From: a virus
IMG/VR virus record: IMGVR_UViG_3300027749_000062
Coordinates: 1-64,000 of that record
DNA: 64,000 bases
Strand: one strand, 5' to 3'
The position numbers and the translations under genes are program-made. This document shows, piece after piece, positions 48,271 through 59,094 of the stretch (the first letter of the stretch is position 1; every line of letters starts with the position of its first letter). A model generated the notes under the pieces. That model was not told where the DNA came from, did no database searches, and worked only from the letters and a program-made list of their open reading frames with translations.

Positions 48271-48635
48271 TATGCATCTGTACCATAAGAATTGGTTACA
48301 CCAGTAACTCCTGGAGATACATAAATTTGTCCTTCTAACACCCTAGAAACTTGATTTGTTGCACTTGTTGTGATAACATCATACACATACTTGCCATACG
48401 GAATGTTTGCGGTTACTGGCGCAGTTAAAGAAAGTGTTATAATTCCGTTGTTTGCACTGGTAATTGTTGTTGTAATATTGAACGCAACATTGGCGGTGGT
48501 ATAAGACTTTTTAGCTCTTGATGATACAGTAAATCCTGTAAGATTATAAGGGCTTCCGTAATCGTCAGCTAATGTTAGTTGTGATGTAAAAGTGGAACCT
48601 TGTTCCAAATATTGGTCTGAATATCCTGCGGCCAT
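48270..48635 (-). CDS. Virion structural protein (baseplate/fibre connector-like beta-sandwich)
   Basis: LEQGSTF...YNLTG...KKSY...G.I.LSLT...GKYVYDV...RVLEG.I.VSPGVT. Confidence 0.65.
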   Translation of the reverse strand: MAAGYSDQYLEQGSTFTSQLTLADDYGSPYNLTGFTVSSRAKKSYTTANVAFNITTTITSANNGIITLSLTAPVTANIPYGKYVYDVITTSATNQVSRVLEGQIYVSPGVTGVTNSYGTDA

Positions 48636-48681
48636 TTGTTGTACCTTTTATTTTCTGCACTCAACATATTTATGATATTTT

Positions 48682-51336
48682 TTACGGTAGTTTTGCCTTC
48701 AGTTCCTCTACTTGGTCACTCAGTTCTTTGATGGCCTCAATCAATAATGGCACCAGACGTTCATAATTAATTGTCAAATATTGACTATCTATAGGTGCAG
48801 GATGAACAATTTCAGGTAAAACTGATTGTACTTGTTGTGCAGATACACCAACTTCGCGCCTTACTTTATAACCCAAATCTTGTGCCGTTTGATTAGCTTC
48901 ATAATAGAAACCATTGAGTGACTTAACTTTATCTAAAGCACCTATGATGTTTCCTAAATTCGTTTTTAGTTTATCATCAGAATAATATGCAGTAATAGTT
49001 CCAATTGCACGAATTTCACCAGCCGTTGTTGAAGCAGCCGTACCAATACCAATTGAATTAAATTGAGAATTCTGTGTTGTGCTAGTAAATGTTGCAGCAG
49101 AACCTGTGGTATTTTGATTCAATGTTGGGAATGTACAATTGCTCAAATTACCTGATGATGGAGTACCAAGTATTGGAGTTACTAAAGTGGGACTTGTTGC
49201 AAAAACTAATGCACCAGAACCAGTTTCATCAGTAACAGCTGCCAGTAAATTGGCAGAATTGGAAGTTGCTAAGAAATTAGCAACATTTGTGGCAAGACCT
49301 GAAATACCAGTAGAAACTGGCAAACCAGTACAGTTTGTCAATGTACCTGAATTTGGTGTGCCAAGTACAGGTGTTACTAAAGTTGGAGTATTTGAAAGTA
49401 CAACTGAACCTGTTCCGGTAGAAGATGCAACTCCTGTACCACCAGATGAAACTGGAACAGGTTGTGAAGAAGTTATTTGTCCTGCAGCAATATTTGCATT
49501 TAGTGTTCCATAATTTGCATACACTATAGCACCAACTGAGTTACTTGTTGGATTTGTTGCTAGACCTTGGAATAGATAATAATTACTTCCTGCAACTCTT
49601 ACTAAACCTGCATATTTTGTACCTGCACTTACATATTGGCCATAAAAACCAATGTCAACTGTATCCGATAAATTGTTCGCAGCTAATTCAATCAATGAAT
49701 CAACTGTTTGGAAGGTTGAAACATTAATATATGAAGAAGTTCCATTGACAAATAAATTACCTGTGACACCTAAATCACCAGACAATGTACCACCAGTTCT
49801 TGGTAATGCATTATTTGCCGTTGTGAAAGCTGAATTTGCATAAGAACCTGATGTTACTGCTTTAGTGTCTGCTGTAGCTGCATTTGTTGTTGCTGTATTT
49901 GCTTGTGTATACGCAGCGTTTGCCTGAATAAATGCAGGTTGTGCAGATAAAGCCGCCGTATTAGCAGCACTAAATGCTGAGTTAGCATAAGCACCAGATG
50001 TTATTGCATTAGCGTTGGCATTATTTGCCGCCAAATATGCAGAGTTAGCATAAGTGCCTGTCGTATTTTGAGATTGATATGCTGAATTTGCTTGTGTAAA
50101 CGCAGGTTGTGCAGATAAAGCCGCCGTATTAGCAGCACTAAAAGCGGCATTTGCTTGGATAAAAGCACCAGTTAAAACTTTATTTGTTGGTACTGTTGTT
50201 GTGCTTGTTGATGTTGTACTATCAGAAATCATATTTGCAGTCATGATTTGTGAGTACTGTGTACCATTGTTTACATCTAAAATATCAAAATATTTACCTG
50301 TTTCATACCAACGTATAGTCGCATTGGCATTTGGAATACCAGTTGGTTGATTATTTGCAGTACCTCTATTAACACTAAAATAACTTATAACAGGTGTATT
50401 TGTGTTTGCATTTATTACAAAATTATTTGTTGTATAAACAACTGTTCCATTAAGTACAAAAGAACCGCCAACAGTTACTGAACCTGATGTTGTCAATGAT
50501 TGAAAAGCACCAACAGCATTTGTTGCTGAAAGTGATGATCCAGTCAATGTCATATTATTGATTGTTTGAGCACCAGACTGTAGATTATTAGCAAACAAAT
50601 ACGAAGAATTGGCAAAACTAAATGCCGAATTGGAATATATTCCGGTAGTATTTTGGGAACCATAAGCTGAATTAGCTTGTGTAAATGCTCCTAAGATGTA
50701 TGCAATAATATCATAACCATTAACAACTGCGCTTGTTGCTGCAATAATGGAACCTCCAAAATTACCATTTGAAGTTACTGTTAATTGGCCAGCATTAATT
50801 CTATTATTTGAAGTTAAAAATGATGTATAAGTGTTTCCTGTTATACTTACGTTTCCTGTAATTCCTGCACCTGCACCTACAGTCAATGAATTTTGTAATG
50901 TTGCTGCACCTAATACATTGATTGTGTTAGAAATGGTTGTTGTACCAGAAACACTTAATGTTCCACCTAAGGTTGAATTATTTGATACTGATAAACTAGT
51001 ACCTGTATTTGTGGCGTAGATAGTTCCATTAGAAGTAATCGAACCACTTGCAACTAAACTCTGTGATGTATTTGTGAAATATACTTGTTTACCTACAGTT
51101 AAGTTGTTGTCGATGGTTGCAGAAGAAGATGTACCTGTAACTTGTAATAATCCGGAAATTGTAGCATTATTTCCAACAGATAGAGATGTGCCTGTTCCAT
51201 TTAAAATCAAAGAACCAGAATCTTTTGTCCAATCATACTTACCGATTGAATTGATTTCATTTGAATCGGCGTTTGTTGCAACAATCCAATCACCAAATGT
51301 GTTGGCGAAACCTAAAATATTGACTGTATTTGCCAT
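48682..51336 (-). CDS. Tail fibre with C-terminal intramolecular chaperone (peptidase S74)
   Basis: N-terminal NTFGDWIVATN; C-terminal YYSDDKLKTN...GVSAQQVQSVLPE...YERLVPLLIEAIKEL. Confidence 0.85.
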   Translation of the reverse strand: MANTVNILGFANTFGDWIVATNADSNEINSIGKYDWTKDSGSLILNGTGTSLSVGNNATISGLLQVTGTSSSATIDNNLTVGKQVYFTNTSQSLVASGSITSNGTIYATNTGTSLSVSNNSTLGGTLSVSGTTTISNTINVLGAATLQNSLTVGAGAGITGNVSITGNTYTSFLTSNNRINAGQLTVTSNGNFGGSIIAATSAVVNGYDIIAYILGAFTQANSAYGSQNTTGIYSNSAFSFANSSYLFANNLQSGAQTINNMTLTGSSLSATNAVGAFQSLTTSGSVTVGGSFVLNGTVVYTTNNFVINANTNTPVISYFSVNRGTANNQPTGIPNANATIRWYETGKYFDILDVNNGTQYSQIMTANMISDSTTSTSTTTVPTNKVLTGAFIQANAAFSAANTAALSAQPAFTQANSAYQSQNTTGTYANSAYLAANNANANAITSGAYANSAFSAANTAALSAQPAFIQANAAYTQANTATTNAATADTKAVTSGSYANSAFTTANNALPRTGGTLSGDLGVTGNLFVNGTSSYINVSTFQTVDSLIELAANNLSDTVDIGFYGQYVSAGTKYAGLVRVAGSNYYLFQGLATNPTSNSVGAIVYANYGTLNANIAAGQITSSQPVPVSSGGTGVASSTGTGSVVLSNTPTLVTPVLGTPNSGTLTNCTGLPVSTGISGLATNVANFLATSNSANLLAAVTDETGSGALVFATSPTLVTPILGTPSSGNLSNCTFPTLNQNTTGSAATFTSTTQNSQFNSIGIGTAASTTAGEIRAIGTITAYYSDDKLKTNLGNIIGALDKVKSLNGFYYEANQTAQDLGYKVRREVGVSAQQVQSVLPEIVHPAPIDSQYLTINYERLVPLLIEAIKELSDQVEELKAKLP

Positions 51337-51337
51337 C

Positions 51338-51559
51338 TTAACCTTTTATTAGTAATTGTTGCAACAACGATTTAATCTCGGACATGTCCGATTTGATGCA
51401 ATCTATTTCTGATTTTACTTTATTTATTTCTTCTTTTTGAATCTTTACCAACCTAAGTTTATTATAATACTCATTTTTTTCTGTACTATCTGTAGGCAAA
51501 AGAGCTCTACTGTTTATATCACGAACAAAATTTGTTCCAGTAACTCTTACTAGTTCCAT
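51338..51559 (-). CDS. Small coiled-coil protein following DUF4815
   Basis: FVRDINSRALL...EIDCIKSDMSEIKSLLQQL. Confidence 0.6.
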   Translation of the reverse strand: MELVRVTGTNFVRDINSRALLPTDSTEKNEYYNKLRLVKIQKEEINKVKSEIDCIKSDMSEIKSLLQQLLIKG

Positions 51560-51560
51560 T

Positions 51561-53753
51561 TTAGATTCCTGTTCCTGCTGGCAATGCTAATGCACGAATA
51601 TCAGTTAAGAAAGGAACATTTGTATTATCACTTGTCGCTAAAACAATTTTGATTGCAAATTGAATAAATGATGTATACTTTTGACCTGTTGTTGCACTTA
51701 CATAACTGATGCTGTTGTTTGCTTGGTTACTTGCATAAATGCCAGGCGCAGCTTCATATTCATACAAATCGGTTCTAGATGTGGAAAATGTATTTGGATT
51801 CTGCATAGTTGTCATCAACTGCCAGTTACCTGATTCAAACGGAGCTGTATCTAATGAATTCAAAATTTTGTAATAAACATAGATAGCTGTACCTAATGGT
51901 TTATATGCAGTATAAAATACTCTTAAATCACCTGAATCATTTCCTGGTGCAAGTACAACTTTCTTAGTGAAATATTTTGCATATGAATTACCACCTTTTG
52001 ATGATGTTTCACCTGTTACTGTAACAACAGCATTTGCATTTCCTCCGCGAGTAGCTGGATTGGAAATTGTAATTGTTGGTGATGTTAGATAACCAGAACC
52101 TGGTGTAATTGCATATACAGAAGTAATTGCACCGTTGGCATTTGCAGTAAATCCTAATGTTGCAACATTTGAACCAACATCTGGACTTGAAATTGATATT
52201 GTTGTTGCATTGACGTTATAACCATAACCTGGATTGGTAATAGATATAACATTATTACCAATTCCCATGTTATTGATGAGATAAGAAATCGCATACATCG
52301 TAACACCATCGTCCGAAATGATTGGGGTCACGTTAGGATCACTTGTGGCCATTGTTGCATACAATGAGAAGGAATTATTTGAATACTTTAATAGGGTTCT
52401 TTCTCCATTTCCATCATTTAAGTAAATGTCATCAGGTAAAGGACTTCCTAATCTTCCAGGAGTAATTGAATTTGTACCTGTTGGTACATTTCCAGTCTTT
52501 AATGTTGCTGTATATGAATAATTGATACTTGTTCCTGTTGGTGCAAGGTCAGTTGTGGTGATATTCATTGCATCATAAACTCTACTTGGAGAATAATTAC
52601 CAAATATCTGTGAGGCACTATTCGCATCTATCTTATTCAAAATATCTTGGTTGCCCATTTTTCTAAATGGCAAACCTTTGGGTACAGTAAACTGAACCGA
52701 AGCTGTGGTTGTAGAGAACACACATTTATCAATAACAAACATCAAATCTTTTGTTTGGTCTGCTGACCATGTTATACCATTTTGAGATTCAAACAAAGCA
52801 CCAACATAAGGAGCTGCACCAATTTTTGTTGGATTACTTGGATTTGCATCTGATACATTAGCTTTTGCAGTAGAGGGTACAGCTATTTGATTTTGTTGAC
52901 CATAATAAAGTACATAATCTTTAGAAGCTGAATTAACAATAAAAGCGTACAATACACCAGATTGAATATAAACCGGTGCATCAAAAACAAATTCTGTATA
53001 AGCACTTGGATCCAAATAATGTGGTGTGCTGGATGTGTTTACTTGGTTTGGAAGTAACATAACCGTAGAGTAATCTAATGTAGAACCATCAGGATAACCA
53101 TTAATTGTAGGTACAACACTAATTTTTACTGGAATATTTGTTGAAGGTTTTGAATAGAAAAATAATTTGATTGAGTATAAGAAAATGCCATTGGGGTAAT
53201 TATCTTTTGAAACAATAAATGTTTGTGCAACCGGATCACTATTACCTGTTTGTACGGTAGTAGAACGAGTCGTTGTAACTGAACTAATTAATTGATTGGC
53301 TCTTTGATTTACTTGAGTAAATACAGATTTAGAAGAATCTATTGAAGGTGCAAAATCTAATTTTTGTGAGGATGTTGAAAGACCTGAGGCGACAAATGTT
53401 CCTTCGGCAAATGTTGTTGCGGTTGTTAAATCTGTGGCCACAGTTCTATTATCTACGCGAAATACTCTACTTCCGGTTTGAAATGTAGTGGAAGGAACAT
53501 TGAAAATACCAACAAAATTACCAGCTTCATCTGTCGAAGGTTTAGCTAATGAGTTTCCAGTTTGCACCGCCGAGCTAATTTTAGTTAAATTGCCTGAAAT
53601 GGAATAACGAGAACTAATATCTCCACCCATTTCTGTATTTGTACCCAACGATAAATTTACAGGAGTACTAAGTGTAACAAGTTTTGTTACCGGATCATAT
53701 GCTGTAATGGTTGCAGAATAAGTGTAAAGACTTGAGCGATAAAGTGTTGTCAT
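51561..53753 (-). CDS. C-terminal part of the DUF4815/VrlC-type large structural protein
   Basis: F.TG.RVFR, DPVAQTF, GALFESQNG.TWSADQTKDLMF, F.QFAIKIV...P...DIRALAL; own ATAAATA motif and GGA RBS. Confidence 0.8.
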   Translation of the reverse strand: MTTLYRSSLYTYSATITAYDPVTKLVTLSTPVNLSLGTNTEMGGDISSRYSISGNLTKISSAVQTGNSLAKPSTDEAGNFVGIFNVPSTTFQTGSRVFRVDNRTVATDLTTATTFAEGTFVASGLSTSSQKLDFAPSIDSSKSVFTQVNQRANQLISSVTTTRSTTVQTGNSDPVAQTFIVSKDNYPNGIFLYSIKLFFYSKPSTNIPVKISVVPTINGYPDGSTLDYSTVMLLPNQVNTSSTPHYLDPSAYTEFVFDAPVYIQSGVLYAFIVNSASKDYVLYYGQQNQIAVPSTAKANVSDANPSNPTKIGAAPYVGALFESQNGITWSADQTKDLMFVIDKCVFSTTTASVQFTVPKGLPFRKMGNQDILNKIDANSASQIFGNYSPSRVYDAMNITTTDLAPTGTSINYSYTATLKTGNVPTGTNSITPGRLGSPLPDDIYLNDGNGERTLLKYSNNSFSLYATMATSDPNVTPIISDDGVTMYAISYLINNMGIGNNVISITNPGYGYNVNATTISISSPDVGSNVATLGFTANANGAITSVYAITPGSGYLTSPTITISNPATRGGNANAVVTVTGETSSKGGNSYAKYFTKKVVLAPGNDSGDLRVFYTAYKPLGTAIYVYYKILNSLDTAPFESGNWQLMTTMQNPNTFSTSRTDLYEYEAAPGIYASNQANNSISYVSATTGQKYTSFIQFAIKIVLATSDNTNVPFLTDIRALALPAGTGI

Positions 53754-53772
53754 TTATTTTTCCAAAATTTTA

Positions 53773-56700
53773 TTAATTATTTATTGTCTTGGGAAATGAT
53801 TTATCACCAAAAACTCTACTAATTGTATATAAGAAAGCAAATAGTGCCCACATTCCGTAACCTGTTACTATACCAGCTTGCTTGTCTTTTCTTGGTAATA
53901 AGTTGACTATTTTACTAATTGGTTTACCAATATTCATAATAATTTTACCAGCGAGATTATCTTTATCTCTCTTACCCATTATATATGCCATATGTTCAGC
54001 CCAAGGTGTTGCAATTCTATGAGCCCATTTTGTTGCAAGTTTTGCTTGGACTTCAGAACGCTTCTTATCATCTTTAATCCAGAACATACATTGTGGACCT
54101 TCACCGGACATCCAATCAACAACAACTGTAGCCCAACGAATATAACCATGATAGGCCGCAGGGTCATTCAATTTTAACAATTCACCAAATTCTTGGTCCG
54201 CCTTGTAAATTGATTCATCCATTAGTCCCAATTGGTATAGTTTGGTACAGATAATTTTACCTCCACCACCGCCACCTCCAGAAGGTTTTGGTGGAGGTGG
54301 AACATATGTTGCAGATACATCGAGACTGTAAACATATTTTGATGTAATGTTAATTGTTGAACCAACATAGTAACTAGAAGTATTTGAAGCAGTAGCTGGA
54401 TCCAATCTTAATTGAGTTGCACCAACAAACCACTCTGCGCCAGCTGGCATTCTAACCGAAGTTCCTGCATTAGTATATGTAATCGGTGGATTAATTGTAG
54501 TATACACTATCGTGTTTGATGCATTCTTAATTGTTGCACCAAAAGCTGATGTTGTTGTACCTGAACTTGTTGCGGTCCATCCAAGTTTTACCGTTGTTGG
54601 TGCATTTGATACTGTATAAGTAAAAGTTGTTGTTGATGCTGGTGTGTTCGTTAAAGAAGTTCCAATGCTTGTACCATTCGCATAAACTGTTGCTGAACCT
54701 GATGCACCAACCTCTATCGTGTAAATTCCGTTAGCTGTGAGTGTGACGGGTGAGGTAAAATTGAAATTGGTACTATTAGTTCCATCACCCCAAACTCCAT
54801 AGTTATTCAATAGTGATGAATAACCTTGTACTATTGGTGTTCCAAATATTTGTGTTGTTGTATTACCATTTAATGTATTTGACCAACCACCACCAACACC
54901 ACTAATTGAACCACTTTGGCTTATGTTTATTACTGAATTAGAGGCTACTGTTCCTGATGCAGAAGAAGACAAGTAATTTCCACTAGAGTCAAATGTTGCA
55001 TTCCTTAAAGTTGTAGATCCTAATAAATTAGGAACACCAAGAATATCTGAAACATATAAACGAACTTTTGTCGTATCTGTATAATAATAAACAGTTGTTA
55101 CACGAGCAATTGGATAGAACACACTGGCAATATAAAAACCAATAATATCATCATTATTAAATGTGCCAGAAACACCTGTCAATTCAATTGTATTTGGAGC
55201 AGTCATGTATCGTGATACATCTACACCATCAAAGAATGTCGATACATTTGAATTGACCAACAAACCAGATGCACGAATAATAACTTGTTGCGGTCTAATG
55301 TAAGGCAATACTGTAATATTAGTCAAGTATCCATTATTAATTCCAAATGTGGAAGAAGTAGGATTATATGCACCTGAAGTAACATTTTGAATTTGACTTG
55401 CATATGTTTGCGTTGTTGTGCTTACAGTAGTTGTCCTAGATGTACTAGTAGTGGATACGCTTGAGCTAGAACTACTACTTGATGATAATGTTCCTGGAAT
55501 AGTTTGATAATCACCTGAATTTAACAAGTTAACACCAGTTGTGGCTTGATATATTTGAAAATTAGGATTAGTAACTAAAATCGCTGGTGCTTGATTGTTA
55601 TCTACCCAATTGTCCATTGGTGGGTTCATTTGTAATAACCCCTGTTGGACTGAAACATTGAATGGATTTACAGAAACTGTACTACTTGCAAGTGGTTGAA
55701 CAGCAACATTTTCTGTTGTGTATGGTAAAGTAAACAGATTTGTTTGAGCACCATTGATGCTATTAATTCTATAACTATTTGTATTTGCTATCGTTCCTAA
55801 ACTCGCAAGCACAACAGGATTTTGGAGTTGAAAATTATCAACCAATTGCAATGCAGTTAGTTGATTTTTACGAACATTGATGTTTGCAGCATAGTCTGGA
55901 TTTTGTGTGTCTGCTGTTCCAAATGATGAAAAATCATCAACCAATATACCATTCTTAAAACGATTTAAACCATTAGCATCAGGAATTTGTAAAGAACTAG
56001 CTTTTTGTTCCAAAATACTTAATGATGTATAATATTCTAAATTATTAACACGGGTTTCTAAATCTGTAATATCTTCTTTAGCCCAACGCTTGTGAATAAT
56101 TTTATTGATAGACAAGTTTGATGGAACACCAGGTGTACCCTCACCAGGAACAAAAGCTGTATATGGGTCGTGAAATAAATTTGCAATTATCATAGAACCA
56201 GATGGTTCATTTGGCAATAATGGATTAACAGAAGGTGTACCTTGAATTATATTAAAACTCTTATCTTTTGTTAATACTAATTTGTCGTTTCTACCCAAAT
56301 AGTATTGATAGAAACCTGTAAAGTTTGATAAATTATTGGGTATCAACATACCAATATCATTCGTAGAAGTTTGTGTACCTGAATATTCCCAAACATATGC
56401 AGTCTGACCATTAACTCGGCAAGGCCTAAAATCAATACAATCTCTTAATGCATATTGTACACCATCTTTAGCTGTGTATGAACCAATTTGTGCATAAGCT
56501 TCTGCTGAACTCGATACACCACCATAAGTTGAGCCTGATGTATTATATGATTGGATACTGAAATAACCATCACCAGAAGATGCTTGTGTGTGAGAATAGT
56601 AATCTACAGCAACAAGAATATTTCCTGAAGGAATCGGCGCACCTGGAATCAATGAAACCGATGCATGGTCATAGAAACTATCTCTTTGGCCATTGTCTAA

Positions 56701-59085
56701 TGTGAAATAAGAAGTAATATCTGTATAATTTGACAATGAACCTGATGGATTTGTACCAGCAACACCTGAATCAAATACACCTACAATTCTTTTAACATCA
56801 TTTACATACAATGACATTTTTCCAGTTGCTGTAATGTCTGTTTTACTAATTGTAATTTGACCTTTTGTTAAATCCTGATAAGAATTTGTTCCAGAAACTG
56901 ATGCAAGTGTACCAACAGTTACGGTGTTACCCGTAACTAAAGATTTTGATTTTAAAACATAACTTGAAGAATCACCACTGCTTGCTTGGACTTGTGCAAT
57001 AATTGTAACATTTTTATTTGTACCAACACCAGAACCAACTGTAAATGTTGCTTGAGTTTTATCAGAAGAAATTGAAATTGTATTACCTGATGTAGTAAAA
57101 TCTAAAACATTACCTGTTGAATTATCAACAACCATGAATAATTGCGGCGCAGATGAACTATCTAAAGTACCTGTACCTTCAAATCTTAATGGATTACTTG
57201 CATTGCCTGATGTTGCTTGTAGTGTTAATGTATTACCAGTAAATGTTTTTGAACGATATACTCTTTGTGTAAAATAAGAAGTGGTGGTTAATTGTGCAAC
57301 ATATGGATAACCAATTTGAAATATTAATTCGGGTGAAACTTGTGAATATAATATTGTATCTGAATTTGCAAGACCATTAACTTTACCACTTGCTGCATTT
57401 ATATTCACATTTGCGGTTAGCGCATAAGAACCAGAACCGGCAGTTTTAACAATAGATTCAACATCATAATTTTCATATATCAATGAGAAAGTTGATGTTG
57501 CTGTTGGTGTTACTGTGAATGGAGAATCCACATTTACTACTTTGGAAGCACCATTGTAACTTGTAATATTTCTCAAATCAATAATACCGCCAGTATTCAT
57601 ACTTACTGTTACATTGAAGTAAGAATTTGAAGTGGCTGAGAATGAACCGTTTGTATCATTAATTGTGAAGGTTGTTGCAGTGCCTGATGTAACATTTCCG
57701 GATAATGTGTTTGCAGCAAAATCTGAAATATATGCATTGAAAATATATGTTTTAGTATTTGTTCCAGTACCTGAATTATATTTCAAGTTACGCATGAAAG
57801 CAGAACCAATCAATGTTGATGAATAAGTTGTAGTATTTGTTGAAACAATGTTAGCTGCAGGAACACAATGCAAATCAACTTGAGGCAATGTAGAAATATC
57901 AAATACACCATTAGAGGTGTCTACAACAAAATAATTTCCGTAATCCACATAAACTGGATTATTACTGATATTTGCAACAGACTGAGCTCTTGTGTTTGTT
58001 AATTTAATATCAGATTGGTTCTCTACTCGATAACCATGAACATATGCAACACCTTTACTAATACTTAAATCATAGGTTGTATTTGATGTAGAATTTGCAG
58101 ATGGTGTTAGTTTGAAATCATTAACAATATAATCACCATTTGTTTCATAATCACGTTTTGCAAAGTAATCATCGATGGTTGAGTAAACAGTGCCATCAAC
58201 TTGTTTTAAAATATTACCATTTTCAATCCGAACCAATTCAATAAAATTATCATCATTACCTAAAGTCAAAGGCAACGTAATCAATGTTAGTGTGATAACA
58301 TATCTGTCTGCACCCGGTGCTTGATAGTTGGATGCACCAATAGCAGGATCCAACAAAGAAGAATCATTGATGTAATCGTAAATTGTTTCTGTAATTTGTA
58401 AACCAATGCGGTATGATGGTAAATTATCATACTTGTCTAAAATGATTGTCTGTGGATTAACAGTAACAAAGTTACCTATTGAATATTGGATGCCAGTACT
58501 ATTTGAAATGGAATATCCATTAACAACATAAAATACACCATTCGCAATAGAAGCAACCGATGAAAGACCAGTTGAAGATATGGTTGTTGATACTGAATTA
58601 ACTACTGTAGTGGTCGATGTAGCGACAGAAGCATAGTATGTTGAACCTGTGCTTGTTGAAATAACACTACCATCGGTAAATTGAGCACCTGAGAGATATG
58701 TTACAATCAATGTTGGTGGGTCACCAACGGTGGAACCACTAGTTGTAGTTTCAGCCGTAGCAATAACTCTAGCAAGAATTGTTCCTGTTGAATCTTGAAT
58801 AATTTGGCCTGCGAAATTCCCAGCAGTTACTGTAATACCATTGTAAGTATTGTTCAGTTTAATATAATAACATTGTTGATTAAGTGTGACTTGTCCACCC
58901 GAAACTGGTGTATTTGTAGAATATATCGCAGAAGCAAATTCAGAAATTTGATTCTGTAAAATTGTTTGAGACTGTGTTAATTCACGAGCTTGAACCGCAG
59001 AACCTGGCTTAAACAGTATGCGGTGAAAGTTTTTTGATGGGTCAAAATCGTCAAAATATGGACCAACATTGAAATTTAAAGACAT
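53773..59085 (-). CDS. N-terminal part of the DUF4815/VrlC-type large structural protein, ending in a 'KIICT' domain
   Basis: PYFDDF...RILFKPG.AVQARELTQ.QTILQNQI, APGADRY, LE.RV.NLEYYTSLS.LE, RFKNGILVDDF. Confidence 0.85.
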   Translation of the reverse strand: MSLNFNVGPYFDDFDPSKNFHRILFKPGSAVQARELTQSQTILQNQISEFASAIYSTNTPVSGGQVTLNQQCYYIKLNNTYNGITVTAGNFAGQIIQDSTGTILARVIATAETTTSGSTVGDPPTLIVTYLSGAQFTDGSVISTSTGSTYYASVATSTTTVVNSVSTTISSTGLSSVASIANGVFYVVNGYSISNSTGIQYSIGNFVTVNPQTIILDKYDNLPSYRIGLQITETIYDYINDSSLLDPAIGASNYQAPGADRYVITLTLITLPLTLGNDDNFIELVRIENGNILKQVDGTVYSTIDDYFAKRDYETNGDYIVNDFKLTPSANSTSNTTYDLSISKGVAYVHGYRVENQSDIKLTNTRAQSVANISNNPVYVDYGNYFVVDTSNGVFDISTLPQVDLHCVPAANIVSTNTTTYSSTLIGSAFMRNLKYNSGTGTNTKTYIFNAYISDFAANTLSGNVTSGTATTFTINDTNGSFSATSNSYFNVTVSMNTGGIIDLRNITSYNGASKVVNVDSPFTVTPTATSTFSLIYENYDVESIVKTAGSGSYALTANVNINAASGKVNGLANSDTILYSQVSPELIFQIGYPYVAQLTTTSYFTQRVYRSKTFTGNTLTLQATSGNASNPLRFEGTGTLDSSSAPQLFMVVDNSTGNVLDFTTSGNTISISSDKTQATFTVGSGVGTNKNVTIIAQVQASSGDSSSYVLKSKSLVTGNTVTVGTLASVSGTNSYQDLTKGQITISKTDITATGKMSLYVNDVKRIVGVFDSGVAGTNPSGSLSNYTDITSYFTLDNGQRDSFYDHASVSLIPGAPIPSGNILVAVDYYSHTQASSGDGYFSIQSYNTSGSTYGGVSSSAEAYAQIGSYTAKDGVQYALRDCIDFRPCRVNGQTAYVWEYSGTQTSTNDIGMLIPNNLSNFTGFYQYYLGRNDKLVLTKDKSFNIIQGTPSVNPLLPNEPSGSMIIANLFHDPYTAFVPGEGTPGVPSNLSINKIIHKRWAKEDITDLETRVNNLEYYTSLSILEQKASSLQIPDANGLNRFKNGILVDDFSSFGTADTQNPDYAANINVRKNQLTALQLVDNFQLQNPVVLASLGTIANTNSYRINSINGAQTNLFTLPYTTENVAVQPLASSTVSVNPFNVSVQQGLLQMNPPMDNWVDNNQAPAILVTNPNFQIYQATTGVNLLNSGDYQTIPGTLSSSSSSSSSVSTTSTSRTTTVSTTTQTYASQIQNVTSGAYNPTSSTFGINNGYLTNITVLPYIRPQQVIIRASGLLVNSNVSTFFDGVDVSRYMTAPNTIELTGVSGTFNNDDIIGFYIASVFYPIARVTTVYYYTDTTKVRLYVSDILGVPNLLGSTTLRNATFDSSGNYLSSSASGTVASNSVINISQSGSISGVGGGWSNTLNGNTTTQIFGTPIVQGYSSLLNNYGVWGDGTNSTNFNFTSPVTLTANGIYTIEVGASGSATVYANGTSIGTSLTNTPASTTTFTYTVSNAPTTVKLGWTATSSGTTTSAFGATIKNASNTIVYTTINPPITYTNAGTSVRMPAGAEWFVGATQLRLDPATASNTSSYYVGSTINITSKYVYSLDVSATYVPPPPKPSGGGGGGGKIICTKLYQLGLMDESIYKADQEFGELLKLNDPAAYHGYIRWATVVVDWMSGEGPQCMFWIKDDKKRSEVQAKLATKWAHRIATPWAEHMAYIMGKRDKDNLAGKIIMNIGKPISKIVNLLPRKDKQAGIVTGYGMWALFAFLYTISRVFGDKSFPKTINN

Positions 59086-59094
59086 TTTTTTCCT

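Noticed and set aside
53754-53775. DUF4815 split as a sequencing frameshift or stop read-through
   Set aside because: An unrelated domain of about 160 aa, tandem TAA TAA stops, a late-promoter motif and an RBS separate the halves.
53773-54300. Canonical intein, or group I intron with a homing endonuclease
   Set aside because: No C-terminal HN-C/S/T, no LAGLIDADG, HNH or GIY-YIG motifs, and no non-coding space for a ribozyme core.
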